A DNA stretch of 32,000 nt, from the NCBI RefSeq assembly GCF_020885515.1, contig NZ_AP024987.1, forward strand, positions 750,001-782,000. The letters are read 5' to 3'. Shown here one piece after another: positions 16,511 to 28,600 of the stretch (its first letter is position 1; every line of letters starts with the position of its first letter). The notes below the pieces were generated by a model, which saw only the letters and a list, made by a program, of their open reading frames with translations, ran no database searches and had not been told where the DNA came from. The position numbers were made by a program, and so were the translations under genes. Source of the stretch: a cyanobacterium endosymbiont of Braarudosphaera bigelowii (GTDB lineage: Bacteria; Cyanobacteriota; Cyanobacteriia; Cyanobacteriales; Microcystaceae).

Positions 16511-17084
16511 AGCCTAAATCATAGGCGTAATGTCTAACTATATGAGTTTCAATTACAGTAATGAAACATTTTCAAAAATATATAACTTCCTGTAGAAACT
16601 TAGTTATCTTGATTAATATAAAATAAAACTTAAAAAAAAATTTCTTTGTAGTGAAATCATTAGTATTTATGATTCTTCACAAATTCTACAAATATGAAAA
16701 TTTGCATATTTTTTATACAACTTTTTTAGCTTATAGTAAAGTATGATTTCTCAAATAAGATAGATACATCGTAATCCGAGTCAACTTTATCAGAAAAGTA
16801 AATAAATTTATAATACTAAGAAGTATTGCTTAATTATATCTAGTAAACTTTGTTAATCTCTTATCAAGAGTATTCTATAGAATAATTTGAAGTTATTTTT
16901 AAATATAAAAAATCTACATTTTTTATATTTTATACTTCACTATTTCTTAATAACTAACAAAAAAGCTTTATGGTTTTTCTAGGAACATAGTAATAAAATA
17001 TCAAAGATTAACCAAAAAAATTAACTAGTTATTTTAGGTACAATCATTGATAATCAATTAATTAGCTAGAAATATATAAAAAAT

Positions 17085-18971
17085 ATGTGCGGAATCATTG
17101 GATATGTTGGAACGCAGGCAGCAACAGAAATTTTGATCGGTGGATTAGAAAGGTTAGAATATAGAGGGTATGATTCAGCAGGAATTGCAACAGTTTTTGA
17201 AGGAAACATGTTTTGTACTAAAGCTAAAGGAAAACTGTATAACTTACGAGAAAAGTTAGAAAGAGAAAGCAATTTTTCTAAAGTTGGCATTGGTCATACT
17301 CGCTGGGCTACACATGGAAAACCTGAAGAATATAATGCTCATCCTCATATTAATAGCTTAAAACAAATAGCTGTAGTACAAAATGGTATTGTTGAGAATC
17401 ATCAAGAGTTACGAGAAAAATTAATAGATGATGGTTATCAGTTTACGTCACAAACTGATACTGAGGTTATACCCCACTTAATAGCTAAATATATTTCTAA
17501 AGAAATGAGCCACGACAGCTTGTTAAATGCAGTTAAAAAAGCTATTGATTGTCTGAATGGATCCTTTGCGATTGCCGTTATTTGTGCAGATTTTCCTGAT
17601 GAAATAATAGTAGCGAGAAACCAAGCTCCTCTGATTATTGGTTTTGGACAAGGAGAATTTTTTTGTGCCTCTGATGTAACAGCGATTGTTCCTCATACCA
17701 ATACAGTGTTATCTCTAGAAAATAAAGAAATTGCTCGTCTTACACCTCTTGGAGTTGAAGTTTACAATTTTGAATTGCAGCGTCTTAAAAAATTACCCCG
17801 TACTCTTGATTGGAATATTGGGACAGTTGAGAAGCAAGGATTTCGTCATTTCATGCTTAAAGAAATTTATGAGCAACCTTCTGTCGTAAGAAGTTGTCTA
17901 GAAAATTACTTAGATCCTAATTGGAACATAGAAAATATTTATAATAGTAGTCCTATTACATTAGGCAATGCTGTCAAGTTATGTAGTAATGTTGATCATA
18001 TACAGATTGTAGCTTGTGGTACTAGCTGGAATGCAAGCTTGGTTGGAAAATATTTATTAGAGCAGCTAGCAGGGATTCCAACAATGGTTCAGTATGCATC
18101 AGAGTTCCGTTACTTCCCTTCTCCTATATTAGCAAATACTCTAACTATCGGAGTAACACAGTCAGGTGAAACAGCTGACACCCTAGCTGCATTAGAAATG
18201 GAAAAGCAACGTAGAATGGGTTTGGAATTTCCTTATGATGCAAGAATTTTAGGTATTACCAATCGTCCTGAAAGCACTTTGACTCACATGGTAGATTGTA
18301 TAATTAATACTCATGCAGGTGTCGAAATCGGGGTGGCAGCAACCAAAAGTTTTGTAGCTCAGTTAATGGGATTTTATTTTTTAGCATTAGAGCTAGCATA
18401 TCGTCGTAAAACGTTAAGTTTAGAAGAAATTGAAGTACTTATTAAAGGCTTAAGGAAATTGCCCAGTCAAATCGAAATAATTCTAGAAAAGCAAGGAGAA
18501 CAGATTCAAGAATTGTCTCATAATTTTTGTGATACTCAAGACTTTATTTTTCTAGGTAGAGGGATAAATTTTCCAATTGCCTTAGAAGGGGCTTTAAAGT
18601 TAAAAGAAATTAGCTATATACATGCAGAAGGCTATCCAGCAGGAGAAATGAAACATGGACCTATAGCCTTATTAGATGCAAAAGTACCTGTTGTGGCAAT
18701 TACTATGCCTGGAATTGTACATGATAAAGTCCTATCTAATGCTCAGGAAGCAAGAGCAAGAGATGCACATTTGATAGGTGTTACATCTCTTGATGATACA
18801 GAAGCCAGATCAATATTTAATGATTTGTTATTTGTACCTGAAGTAGATGAAATATTGTCGCCTATTGTATCAGTAATACCTTTACAATTATTAGCATATC
18901 ATATCGCAGCTAAACGAGGTTTAGATGTTGATCAACCTCGTAATTTAGCTAAATCTGTTACTGTTGAGTAA
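17085..18971 (+). CDS. glmS: Glutamine--fructose-6-phosphate aminotransferase (isomerising)
   Basis: 628 aa. It begins MCGIIGY (Ntn catalytic Cys2), continues RLEYRGYDSAGIA and HTRWATHG, has two SIS domains (GTS.....G..L, QSGETADT) and ends in the C-terminal PRNLAKSVTVE. Confidence 0.95.
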   Translation: MCGIIGYVGTQAATEILIGGLERLEYRGYDSAGIATVFEGNMFCTKAKGKLYNLREKLERESNFSKVGIGHTRWATHGKPEEYNAHPHINSLKQIAVVQNGIVENHQELREKLIDDGYQFTSQTDTEVIPHLIAKYISKEMSHDSLLNAVKKAIDCLNGSFAIAVICADFPDEIIVARNQAPLIIGFGQGEFFCASDVTAIVPHTNTVLSLENKEIARLTPLGVEVYNFELQRLKKLPRTLDWNIGTVEKQGFRHFMLKEIYEQPSVVRSCLENYLDPNWNIENIYNSSPITLGNAVKLCSNVDHIQIVACGTSWNASLVGKYLLEQLAGIPTMVQYASEFRYFPSPILANTLTIGVTQSGETADTLAALEMEKQRRMGLEFPYDARILGITNRPESTLTHMVDCIINTHAGVEIGVAATKSFVAQLMGFYFLALELAYRRKTLSLEEIEVLIKGLRKLPSQIEIILEKQGEQIQELSHNFCDTQDFIFLGRGINFPIALEGALKLKEISYIHAEGYPAGEMKHGPIALLDAKVPVVAITMPGIVHDKVLSNAQEARARDAHLIGVTSLDDTEARSIFNDLLFVPEVDEILSPIVSVIPLQLLAYHIAAKRGLDVDQPRNLAKSVTVE

Positions 18972-19015
18972 AGTTAATAACCCAAGATAAATATTTTCTA
19001 TATTTGATGACTATG

Positions 19016-19125
19016 CTCTTAATTTTTCATAAAAAGCAATAATAATATAGATTATATGTTGTTATAAATTTTGCTAGGATATTGTAGTATGGTTACAATC
19101 TTTTTATGAAAAATAACATTAAGAG
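19016..19125 (+). other. ~110-nt structured element closed by a 14+7 bp stem, 45 nt downstream of glmS
   Basis: CTCTTAA-TTTTTCATAAAAAG (19016-19036) pairs with CTTTTTATGAAAAA (19100-19113) and TTAAGAG (19119-19125), with a 5-nt bulge TAACA. It is followed by TTTTC. The interior holds small hairpins: ATATA/TATAT, and ATTGTA/TACAAT at 19081-19099. Confidence 0.3.
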
Positions 19126-19491
19126 TTTTCAATATTTAAAAAATGTTTTTCTAGCAAGAAAGTTAATCGATAAAGTATTGGAATTACTTGTCATATTTCT
19201 ATAAGCACGTGAATTTATCTTTTATTTAAAAGATAGGATAATAAAAATACAGAATACTGATTTACATATCAAATTTTTTCGATAAATAGATAGTATTCTG
19301 TAAAGAATACTTACGAAAATACTTGATATTATTATATTTACTTTAAATGAAAATATACAATAATACTTTAATAGTATTAGCTTATAGAATATCAATGATA
19401 AAAAAATACGAGAAAACAATTTGCTATAATTAATTTTTTAATTAATTATATTTACTTAATTAGTATTACATCACACAAATATTAATCAACA

Positions 19492-20223
19492 ATGAGTTTT
19501 TTAGATACTAGACGTAAAAAACAATTACAAATTTGTATACAAAAGCTAGGATTATCTAGCATAGAAAAATTTGATTGGGAAACACTTGATTTAGCATTAA
19601 CTCATCCTACAATTTCTAAAAAAGATAATTACCAACAGCTCGAATTTATAGGAGATTCAGTGATAAGACTAGTAGCTGCAGAAATATTATTAGAAAATTA
19701 TCCTAATGAACTCGTAGGAGAATTCGCTGCTATAAGATCTATATTAGTTAGTGATAATACTTTAGCAGAGTTTGCTGAGCAATATGGACTAGAACGTTAT
19801 CTTCTCATGACAAAAGGTGTAGCTCAAGACAAGATAGGGAAAGTATCGTGGTTGGCAGATACCTTTGAAGCATTATTAGGAGCACTGTATCTTAATAGAC
19901 AAAATATGTCTTTAATACGTCCTTGGTTAGATCCATTATTGATTTCAAAGGCAGCAGAGATCAAAGCCGATCCTGCACGTCAAAATTATAAGGATGCATT
20001 ACAAGAATGGAGCCAAAGCCAATATAAATTATTGCCAAAATATCAAGTTGTTCAATATGAGGGAAATAAAGATCATCATCAAAGATTTTTTGCAGAAGTC
20101 TGGGTAAAAAATAATAATTTAGGTTCTGGTTACGGTTGCTCAAAAAAAGTAGCAGAACAGGCTGCAGCTAAAAATGCTTTTTTTTCTTTTATTCATAAAG
20201 AAAAGTATGAATATGGACAATAA
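19492..20223 (+). CDS. rnc: Ribonuclease III
   Basis: 243 aa. It has ALTHPT and the catalytic signature QQLEFIGDSVIRL, a second acidic cluster WLADTFEALLGALYL, and a C-terminal dsRBD (YKDALQEW.......PKYQVV...G..HHQRFFAEVWV.....GSGYG.SKK.AEQAAAKNAF). Confidence 0.85.
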   Translation: MSFLDTRRKKQLQICIQKLGLSSIEKFDWETLDLALTHPTISKKDNYQQLEFIGDSVIRLVAAEILLENYPNELVGEFAAIRSILVSDNTLAEFAEQYGLERYLLMTKGVAQDKIGKVSWLADTFEALLGALYLNRQNMSLIRPWLDPLLISKAAEIKADPARQNYKDALQEWSQSQYKLLPKYQVVQYEGNKDHHQRFFAEVWVKNNNLGSGYGCSKKVAEQAAAKNAFFSFIHKEKYEYGQ

Positions 20224-20571
20224 TTAGTATATAAAAACATTTACGTTAATAGAATGAAAAAAGCTATTTCTAATAATTAATATTTTTCTACTTTAGTAAT
20301 AATTTTTCTAGAATAATATTAAGTAATTTTTATGATTTAAATTAATTTAAATATCTAATTGTAAACAAATACAACATGTTGAGCACCGTCAATTTTATTA
20401 ACGATAGTATATTATTAATTTAATTTTTTTTTAAAAGAAAATATACTTATGAAATAAATCCTTAAGCTGTTTTTGAGGTTAGTTTAGTAAAATTATACCC
20501 GAGCCAAACAATTTACTTCTAGATTTTTAAAATATCTGTATAGATTAGCTTAATACATTAATACAATAGGC

Positions 20572-23500
20572 ATGAATAGTAATATGAATTTCAAAAGCAA
20601 ATCTAATACAACTTACATGGGACCTCCCTCTATCGTTGAAAGTAGAGATTCTTGTGGGGTAGGATTCATCGCAGATATTATAGAAGAAGGTTCTCATCAA
20701 CTAATTAAAAAAGCTTTAACTGCATTAGAACGCATGGAACACCGAGGTGGTTGTAGTGCAGATAATGAATCAGGCGATGGTGCAGGCATTATGACAGAGA
20801 TTCCTTATGTCTTATTAAAATCTTGGTTTATTGAGAATAAAATTGTCATGCCTCCAAGAGAAAAACTGGGAATAGGCATGGTTTTTTTACCACAAGATCC
20901 TTACCAGCAAAAGATTAAACGCTTACATGTTAATACTGTAGTTAAGGCTTCTGGTTTGAACATATTAGGATGGCGTAAAGTTCCTGTTAATCCTGCCATA
21001 TTAGGTACTCAAGCTAAGGACAATAGACCTCATATTGAACAAATAATGGTCATATCTTCTGAGGGATTATCAGGAGATGCTTTGGATACAAAACTATATA
21101 TTGCACGTTCATATATCGGAAAACTATTAGCGGATGATTTTTACATTTGTTCTTTTAGTTGTCGTACTATTGTATATAAAGGAATGGTACGTAGCTCAGT
21201 TCTTGGCAAATTTTATAAAGATTTACAAAATTCGAGTTTTACTAGTCAATTTGCTTTATACCACAGACGTTTTAGTACAAATACTATGCCTAAATGGCCG
21301 TTGGCACAGCCAATGCGTCTATTAGGACATAATGGTGAAATTAATACTTTAACTGGTAATATCAATTCAATATCTGCTAAAGAAAAAATTCTTAAAATCC
21401 AAAATTGGACAGCTGAAGAACTAAGTGCTTTAGCTCCTATTGTTAATATTGCAAATAGTGATTCCTATAATTTAGATAGTATCCTTGAGTTATTAATAAG
21501 AAGTGGTCATGGCTTGCTTGAATCAATGATGATACTAGTCCCAGAAGCTTACCAAAACCAACCTGATTTAAAAGATTATCCACAAATTATAGATTTTTAT
21601 GAATATTATAGTGGCCTACAAGAACCTTGGGATGGTCCAGCACTTTTAGTTTTCAGTGACGGAAAAACGATAGGAACTTGTTTGGATCGCAATGGGTTAC
21701 GTCCAGCAAGATACTCCATTACTGATAATTATATCGTTGTTAGTTCAGAAACTGGTGTAGTAGATCTGCCTGAAACAAGTTTTATAGAAAAAGGTAAACT
21801 TGGTCCTGGACAGAGTATAGCAGTAGATTTAAAAGCTAAGAAAATATTAAAAAATTGGGAAATAAAACAAAGTATATCTCAAACAAAGCCTTATGGAGAA
21901 TGGTTAAGAAAATATCGTAAAGAAATTACACCTCAAAATTTTTCTAATATCTTACTAATAAAGAATTCAGAACAATTACTAAATCAACAAACAGCTTTCG
22001 GCTATACAGCAGAAGATGTTGACATGGTTGTTATACCTATGGCGATTCAAGGTAAAGAACCAGTCTTTTGTATGGGAGATGATATTCCTCTATCAGTATT
22101 GTCTGAAAAACATCATTTACTCTATGATTATTTTAAACAGAGATTTGCTCAAGTAACTAATCCTCCTATAGATTCTTTAAGAGAAAGTTTAGTTATGTCT
22201 TTAGAAATGTTGCTAGGAGAAAAGGGCAATCTTATAGAACCTAGAGATATAGATGCCAAACTTTTAAAGCTAAAAACTCCTATCCTGAATGAAGCAGAAT
22301 TAAATCAGATCAGATATTCAAATTTTAATATAAGTGAATTATCTACATTATTTGATATTACCTTAGGCCCAAATGAGCTTCAAATTGCTTTGGACAAATT
22401 ATGTAAGAAAGCAGCTCAAGTAGTACAGGAAGGAACCACAATTATTATCTTGAGTGATCGTTTTCCTAATACTATCAATATTAGTGAAACTGTTAGCTAT
22501 ATTCCACCTCTGTTAGTAGTGGGAAGCGTCCATCATTATTTAATTAAAGGAGGATTGCGTTCAAAAACATCTCTGATTATTGATACAGGACAATGTTGGA
22601 GTACACACCATTACGCATGTTTATTTGGTTACGGAGCCTCAGCTGTATGCCCATATCTTACTTTTGAAACTATACGACAATGGTGGCAAGCTCCTAAAAC
22701 CCAGAAACTAATCAATGCAAATAAAATAAATATTACTGGGCTTCAAGAAGCATTAAAAAATTATCGTTATGCTGTAGAGGTAGGGTTATTAAAAATTCTC
22801 TCTAAGATGGGAGTCTCTCTTTTATCTTCTTACCATGGAGCTCAAATTTTTGAAGCTATCGGTCTAAATTTAGATGTTATTAATGTAGCTTTTAGAGGTA
22901 CAACTAGTCGTATTGGCGGATTAAGCTTAATAGAAGTAGCTCAGGAAACAATTGGAATTCACAGCCAGGCTTTCCCGGAACTAACTGACAAAAGACTTAG
23001 AAATTTTGGTTTTATCAATTATCGTTCAGGAGGGGAATATCATATGAATTCTCCAGAAATGGCTAAAATTCTTCATAAAGCTGTTGGTAACTACAAACTA
23101 AAAAATAACGAACGAGATCAAAAAAACTACAACTATTACGAAACATATCAAAAGTATCTTAAAAAACGTCCTGCAACAGCTTTAAGGGACTTACTTGAGT
23201 TCACCAGTGATCGTCCTTCTATAGCAATTACTGAAGTTGAACCCGTAGAAGATATAGTGAAAAGATTTTGTACAGGGGGTATGTCTTTAGGCGCGTTATC
23301 AAGAGAGGCTCACGAAACTCTTGCAATTGCTATGAATCGTTTAGGAAGTAAGTCAAATTCAGGAGAAGGAGGAGAAGATCCTATCCGATTTACTACTTTA
23401 TCTGATGTAGATGAAAATGGACACTCTCCAACGTTTCCTCATTTAAAAGGTTTATTTAATGGTGATACTGCAAGCTCAGCAATTAAACAAATTTCGTCAG

Positions 23501-25230
23501 GAAGATTTGGAGTGACACCAGAATACTTAATGAATGCTCAGCAGTTAGAGGTTAAAATGGCTCAAGGAGCAAAACCAGGAGAAGGAGGGCAGTTGCCAGG
23601 AGAGAAAGCTAGTTCATATATTGCTATGCTAAGAGGTTCAAAACCTGGTGTTACTCTAATTTCTCCCCCTCCTCATCATGATATATACTCTATTGAAGAT
23701 TTAGCTCAATTAATTTTTGATCTTCACCAAGTGAATCCTAGTGCGAAAGTTGCTGTTAAACTTGTGACAGAAATTGGTATCGGGACGATAGCAGCAGGAG
23801 TAGCAAAAGCTAATGCTGATATAATACAAATTTCTGGACATGATGGAGGTACTGGAGCATCACCCTTAAGTTCTATTAAACATGCAGGATGCCCATGGGA
23901 ACTTGGAGTTACTGAAGTTCATCGAACGTTGATAGAAAACCAACTTCGTGATCGGGTTATTTTGCGTACTGATGGTGGTCTAAAAACAGGTTGGGATGTT
24001 GTAATAGCAGGAATGATGGGAGCTGAGCAGTTTGGGTTTGGCTCTATTGCTATGATTGCTGAGGGATGTGTTATGGCACGTATCTGTCATACTAACAACT
24101 GTCCTGTTGGAGTCGCTACACAACAAGAAAAATTACGAAAAAGGTTTAATGGAATTCCTGCGAATGTTGTTAACTTCTTTTATTTTATTGCTGAGGAGAT
24201 TCGTTCTATATTAGCTGAGATAGGCTACACATCATTACAAGAAATTATTGGACGCTCTGATATTTTGACAATGCGTCGTGATACTTATTTAAGTAAAACC
24301 CAATCAATCGATTTAGGATGTATTCTGAATCTTCCCAACGTAAAAGAAAATCGTACTTGGCTTAATCATAGAAAAATTTACAGAAATATTTCAACGCTAG
24401 ACAATCAATTACTTGATGATCCTGAAATTATGTCTGCTATTGATAATCAAAAAACTGTTGTTAAACATATTAGTATCTCCAATGTTGACCGTACTACTGG
24501 AGGTCACATAGCAGGAATATTGGCTAAAAAATATGGAAATAATGGATTTTCTGGAGAACTTAAACTTAAATTTAAAGGATCAGCAGGTCAAAGTTTTGCT
24601 GCTTTTAATTTATCTGGTATGTTCATGCATTTAGAGGGAGAGGCTAATGACTATGTGGGTAAAAGCATGAATGGTGGAGAAATTATCATAATTCCCAACA
24701 AAAGATCGAAATTTAAAGCAGAAAATAATATTATTATAGGAAACACTTGTCTTTACGGTGCTACTGGAGGAATTTTATCGGTAAATGGCCGTGCAGGAGA
24801 AAGGTTTGGAGTTCGTAACTCTATGGGAAAAGCAATTATAGAAGGAGCTGGAGACCATTGTTGTGAATATATGACAGGTGGAGTCATAGTAGTTTTAGGT
24901 TCAGTTGGTCGTAATGTTGGAGCAGGTATGACAGGAGGACTTGGTTATTTTCTCGATGAAGATAATAAATTTCCTGAAAAAATTAATTTTGATAGCGTAG
25001 ATATACAAAGAGTTTGCACGCAAGAAGGAAAAATGCAACTAAAAAATTTAATTAATTTCCACTCTGATAAAACAAATAGTAGAAGAGCCAAATGTATTCT
25101 TGATAATTGGGAAGACTATATACATAAGTTTTGGCAAGTTTTTCCGCCTTCCGAATTTAATATTCCTGAAACTAATCAAAATTTATCTGATTCCTCTCCA
25201 ACAAAAGATATAACTACTTTGACAGACTAA
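20572..25230 (+). CDS. glsF: Ferredoxin-dependent glutamate synthase (Fd-GOGAT)
   Basis: 1552 aa in a single chain. A short propeptide precedes the Ntn catalytic Cys (SCGVGFIA). Also present are [22 protein letters not shown], the FMN/3Fe-4S domain ([69 protein letters not shown]) and the C-terminal GXGXG beta-helix domain. The size and absence of an adjacent small subunit fit the ferredoxin type. Confidence 0.95.
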   Translation: MNSNMNFKSKSNTTYMGPPSIVESRDSCGVGFIADIIEEGSHQLIKKALTALERMEHRGGCSADNESGDGAGIMTEIPYVLLKSWFIENKIVMPPREKLGIGMVFLPQDPYQQKIKRLHVNTVVKASGLNILGWRKVPVNPAILGTQAKDNRPHIEQIMVISSEGLSGDALDTKLYIARSYIGKLLADDFYICSFSCRTIVYKGMVRSSVLGKFYKDLQNSSFTSQFALYHRRFSTNTMPKWPLAQPMRLLGHNGEINTLTGNINSISAKEKILKIQNWTAEELSALAPIVNIANSDSYNLDSILELLIRSGHGLLESMMILVPEAYQNQPDLKDYPQIIDFYEYYSGLQEPWDGPALLVFSDGKTIGTCLDRNGLRPARYSITDNYIVVSSETGVVDLPETSFIEKGKLGPGQSIAVDLKAKKILKNWEIKQSISQTKPYGEWLRKYRKEITPQNFSNILLIKNSEQLLNQQTAFGYTAEDVDMVVIPMAIQGKEPVFCMGDDIPLSVLSEKHHLLYDYFKQRFAQVTNPPIDSLRESLVMSLEMLLGEKGNLIEPRDIDAKLLKLKTPILNEAELNQIRYSNFNISELSTLFDITLGPNELQIALDKLCKKAAQVVQEGTTIIILSDRFPNTINISETVSYIPPLLVVGSVHHYLIKGGLRSKTSLIIDTGQCWSTHHYACLFGYGASAVCPYLTFETIRQWWQAPKTQKLINANKINITGLQEALKNYRYAVEVGLLKILSKMGVSLLSSYHGAQIFEAIGLNLDVINVAFRGTTSRIGGLSLIEVAQETIGIHSQAFPELTDKRLRNFGFINYRSGGEYHMNSPEMAKILHKAVGNYKLKNNERDQKNYNYYETYQKYLKKRPATALRDLLEFTSDRPSIAITEVEPVEDIVKRFCTGGMSLGALSREAHETLAIAMNRLGSKSNSGEGGEDPIRFTTLSDVDENGHSPTFPHLKGLFNGDTASSAIKQISSGRFGVTPEYLMNAQQLEVKMAQGAKPGEGGQLPGEKASSYIAMLRGSKPGVTLISPPPHHDIYSIEDLAQLIFDLHQVNPSAKVAVKLVTEIGIGTIAAGVAKANADIIQISGHDGGTGASPLSSIKHAGCPWELGVTEVHRTLIENQLRDRVILRTDGGLKTGWDVVIAGMMGAEQFGFGSIAMIAEGCVMARICHTNNCPVGVATQQEKLRKRFNGIPANVVNFFYFIAEEIRSILAEIGYTSLQEIIGRSDILTMRRDTYLSKTQSIDLGCILNLPNVKENRTWLNHRKIYRNISTLDNQLLDDPEIMSAIDNQKTVVKHISISNVDRTTGGHIAGILAKKYGNNGFSGELKLKFKGSAGQSFAAFNLSGMFMHLEGEANDYVGKSMNGGEIIIIPNKRSKFKAENNIIIGNTCLYGATGGILSVNGRAGERFGVRNSMGKAIIEGAGDHCCEYMTGGVIVVLGSVGRNVGAGMTGGLGYFLDEDNKFPEKINFDSVDIQRVCTQEGKMQLKNLINFHSDKTNSRRAKCILDNWEDYIHKFWQVFPPSEFNIPETNQNLSDSSPTKDITTLTD

Positions 25231-25675
25231 TGATTATTTAGAATATAATTTTAATTTGTCTACCAGATAGAACTTTAGAATCTTTAATAATTGTTGACTG
25301 TAAATAAATTATTAAGTTCAAGGATCATGATTTATAGCTAATGAGAATATTTAAAGTATAATTCAAAAAAGATGTTGCGTTTTTTAACATTCTCAAGCAA
25401 ATAATCTTTATGCGATATAATCAAAAGGATAAATAAAGTAACTATCTTTCAGAGACAGATATTAAAATTCTATATGGTTAAGTAAATGAAAATTTAATAT
25501 CTATTGTTTTACACATAGCTTATTAGATAAGTAAAATATACATAATGATATAAGAACTAGCCTTATTTTCTGATCAAAAGTATAGATACGTTATTGAATT
25601 TCAGAGCTATCACTCTAGTCAGATACTTGACTTTCGTAAATAAGATTTTTATAAAAACTAGGAGTTGTGCTGCAT

Positions 25676-28600
25676 ATGTTCACCCACGTTAAGTCAACCA
25701 TTCGTCATATTACTCCAGAGACAATAAATGGTCGTTCTTTGCTAAAGGTAGTCTATGTCGTATTGGAACCACAATATCAAAGCTCCATCTCCGCAGCAGT
25801 TAGAAACATTAACAGTAATAATTCTAAAATAGCAATTGAAGTTAGTGGATATTTAATAGAAGAACTTCGAGATCCAGAAAATTATAAACAGTTTCAAAAA
25901 GATGTAGAACAAGCCAATTTGTTTATTGCTTCCTTAATTTTTATTGAAGATCTAGCCGATAAAGTTGTTGAAACAGTTTTACCTTTTCGCGACAAATTAG
26001 ACGCCATAGTAGTTTTCCCATCAATGCCGCAAGTAATGCGTTTGAATAAATTGGGAAGTTTCTCAATGAGTCAATTGGGTCAATCTAAAAGCATGGTTTC
26101 TCAATTTATGCGTAAGCGACAGCAAAATTCTGGGACAGGTTTTCAAGATGCAATGTTAAAGTTATTGCGTACATTGCCTCAAGTCTTAAAATATCTTCCA
26201 GTGGAGAAGGCACAGGACGCTCGGAACTTTATGTTAAGTTTCCAATATTGGTTGGCCGGATCTTCAGAAAATTTAGAAAATTTTCTAGTTATGTTAGCTC
26301 ATAAATATTCTTTCCCTAATCTTTTTAAAGATGAAGTAATTAGCTATAAAGATCCTCTTGTTTATCCTGACATAGGGATTTGGCATCCTTTGTCATTAAA
26401 GATGTTTGAAGATATTACATCCTACCTTCAATGGTATGATATGCGTACAGATATTTCAGACGATCTAAAAAAATCTACAACACCATGTATAGGGCTAGTA
26501 CTCCAAAGAACTCATCTAGTGACAAAAGATGATGCTCATTATGTTGCGATGGTTCAAGAACTAGAATCGATGGGAGTAAGGGTTATTCCTGTATTTGCAG
26601 GCGGATTAGATTTCTCCAAACCTATCGAGGCATATTTTTGGAATAGGTCCACTGATAATAGTAATAATATAAAAACCCCTATAGTAGATACTATTGTTTC
26701 TTTAACAGGATTTGCCTTAGTAGGTGGGCCGGCAAGACAGGATCATCCAAGAGCGATAGATGCACTAAAGTCTTTAAATTGTCCTTATATGTGCGTACTA
26801 CCATTAGTGTTCCAAACCACTGAAGAATGGGAGGATAGTGATTTAGGATTACATCCAATTCAAGTTGCATTACAAATAGCCATACCTGAGTTAGATGGTG
26901 CTATTGAGCCTATAATATTGTCAGGAAGAGATGGTAATACCGGGCGTTCAATAGCACTTCAAGATCGTATTGAAACAGTTGCACAAAGGGCTGTAAAGTG
27001 GGCTAATCTTAAGAAGAAAGTAAAAGAAGACAAAAAAATAGCTATCACCATTTTTAGTTTTCCACCTGACAAAGGTAATATTGGATCAGCAGCATACTTA
27101 GATGTATTTAGTTCTATCTATGAGGTACTAAAAGCTTTAAAGGACAAGGGATATAATTTATTAGAACTACCAGATTCACCAAAGGCCTTAATGAATGCTA
27201 TTATTCAGGATGCACAAGCTCAATATGCTTCTCCTGAATTAAATGTAGCTTACCGGATGTCTGTAGAAGAATATGAAAAATTAACTCCATACTCTACACG
27301 CTTAGAAGAAAATTGGGGGGCTCCTCCCGGAAATCTTAACAGCGATGGTCAAAGTTTGCTTATATACGGTAAGCACTTTGGAAATGTTTTCATCGGTGTA
27401 CAACCAACTTTTGGATATGAAGGCGATCCTATGCGTTTATTATTCTCAAGGTCTGCTAGTCCTCATCATGGGTTTGCTGCATACTACACATATTTAAATG
27501 AAGTTTGGCAAGCAGATGCAGTGTTACATTTCGGTACTCATGGATCTCTAGAATTTATGCCAGGGAAACAAATGGGAATGTCAGGTGATTGTTATCCTGA
27601 CACTTTGATTGGAAATATTCCCAATTTATATTACTATGCAGCAAATAATCCTTCAGAGGCTACTATCGCAAAACGTCGTAGTTATGCAGAAACTATTTCA
27701 TATTTAACTCCTCCGGCTGAGAATGCAGGACTCTATAAAGGATTAAAAGAATTAAATGAATTAATAGGGTCATATCAAACTTTAAAAGATACCAGTCGTG
27801 GAATCCAAATAGTTAATACAGTCATGGATCAGTGTCGATTGGTAAACCTAGATAAGGATATTCATTTACCTGAAATTGATGCAAAAGAAATGACTGCAGA
27901 AGAAAAGGATAATATTATTGGTATTGTTTATAGTAAACTTATGGAGATTGAGTCTCGTTTACTACCATGCGGTCTTCATATCATTGGCAAACCTCCAACA
28001 GGGGAAGAAGTCGTTGCAACACTAGTAAATATTGCATCATTAGACAGAGAAGAAGAAGAAATAATATCTTTACCACGTCTTATTGCTGAAAGTATAAAAA
28101 GAGATATTAAAGATATATATTACAATAATGATATTGGTAAATTAGAAGATGTTGAATTACTACAAAAAATTGTACTGGCGACTAGAGAAGCTGTAGCCTC
28201 AATGGTTAAAGCAAGAATAAATGAAGAAGGTCGAGTAAACCTTATATCAAAATTGGATATTTTAAAAATTACTCAAAAAACTCCTTGGGTAAATACTTTA
28301 GAAGACCTAGGATATTCCAAAATTAATAAAAGTTCTTTAAAGCTACTTTTTGGATATCTTGAATCTTGTCTAGAAAAGCTTTGTGCAAGTTATGAACTAG
28401 AATCATTACTTAAAGGCTTAGAAGGAGAGTATGTTTTACCTGGACCAGGTGGCGATATTGTCCGTAATCCTGATGTTTTACCTACAGGTAAAAATATCCA
28501 TGCATTAGATCCTCAATCTATTCCTACATTAGCCGCAGTAAAGTCTGCCAAAATAGTAGTAGATGCTCTTCTTAAGCGTCAAAAAATTGATAATGGAGAT

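Noticed and set aside
16511-17084. Possible glmS ribozyme/riboswitch in the long glmS upstream region
   Set aside because: The glmS ribozyme has a conserved, relatively G/C-rich pseudoknotted core. This spacer is almost pure A/T, and I could find no matching core segments. The ribozyme is also not known from cyanobacteria.
17066-17290. 74-aa minus-strand ORF overlapping the glmS start
   Set aside because: It overlaps the highly conserved glmS N-terminus (MCGIIGY...) on the opposite strand and has no motif support.
19222-19419. 65-aa ORF in the glmS-rnc spacer (MFSRIFLSLIFYKLILLKYY...)
   Set aside because: It consists almost entirely of F/I/L/K/Y/S codons, as expected from translating ~85% A/T DNA. 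I see no RBS or recognisable family. The same interval is better described by the hexamer and inverted-repeat cluster. A tiny hydrophobic peptide cannot be formally excluded.
19961-20143. 60-aa ORF antisense to rnc
   Set aside because: It is embedded in the rnc dsRBD-coding region and has no support.
20361-20372. NtcA-like site upstream of Fd-GOGAT (GTAAACAAATAC)
   Set aside because: The spacing is GTA-N6-TAC, not the canonical GTA-N8-TAC. Scanning the other major spacers by eye gave only N4, N5, N6 or N9 variants, so there is no credible NtcA box.
21134-21325. 63-aa alternate-frame ORF inside Fd-GOGAT
   Set aside because: It is in a different frame on the same strand within a continuously conserved 1552-aa gene, so it is spurious.
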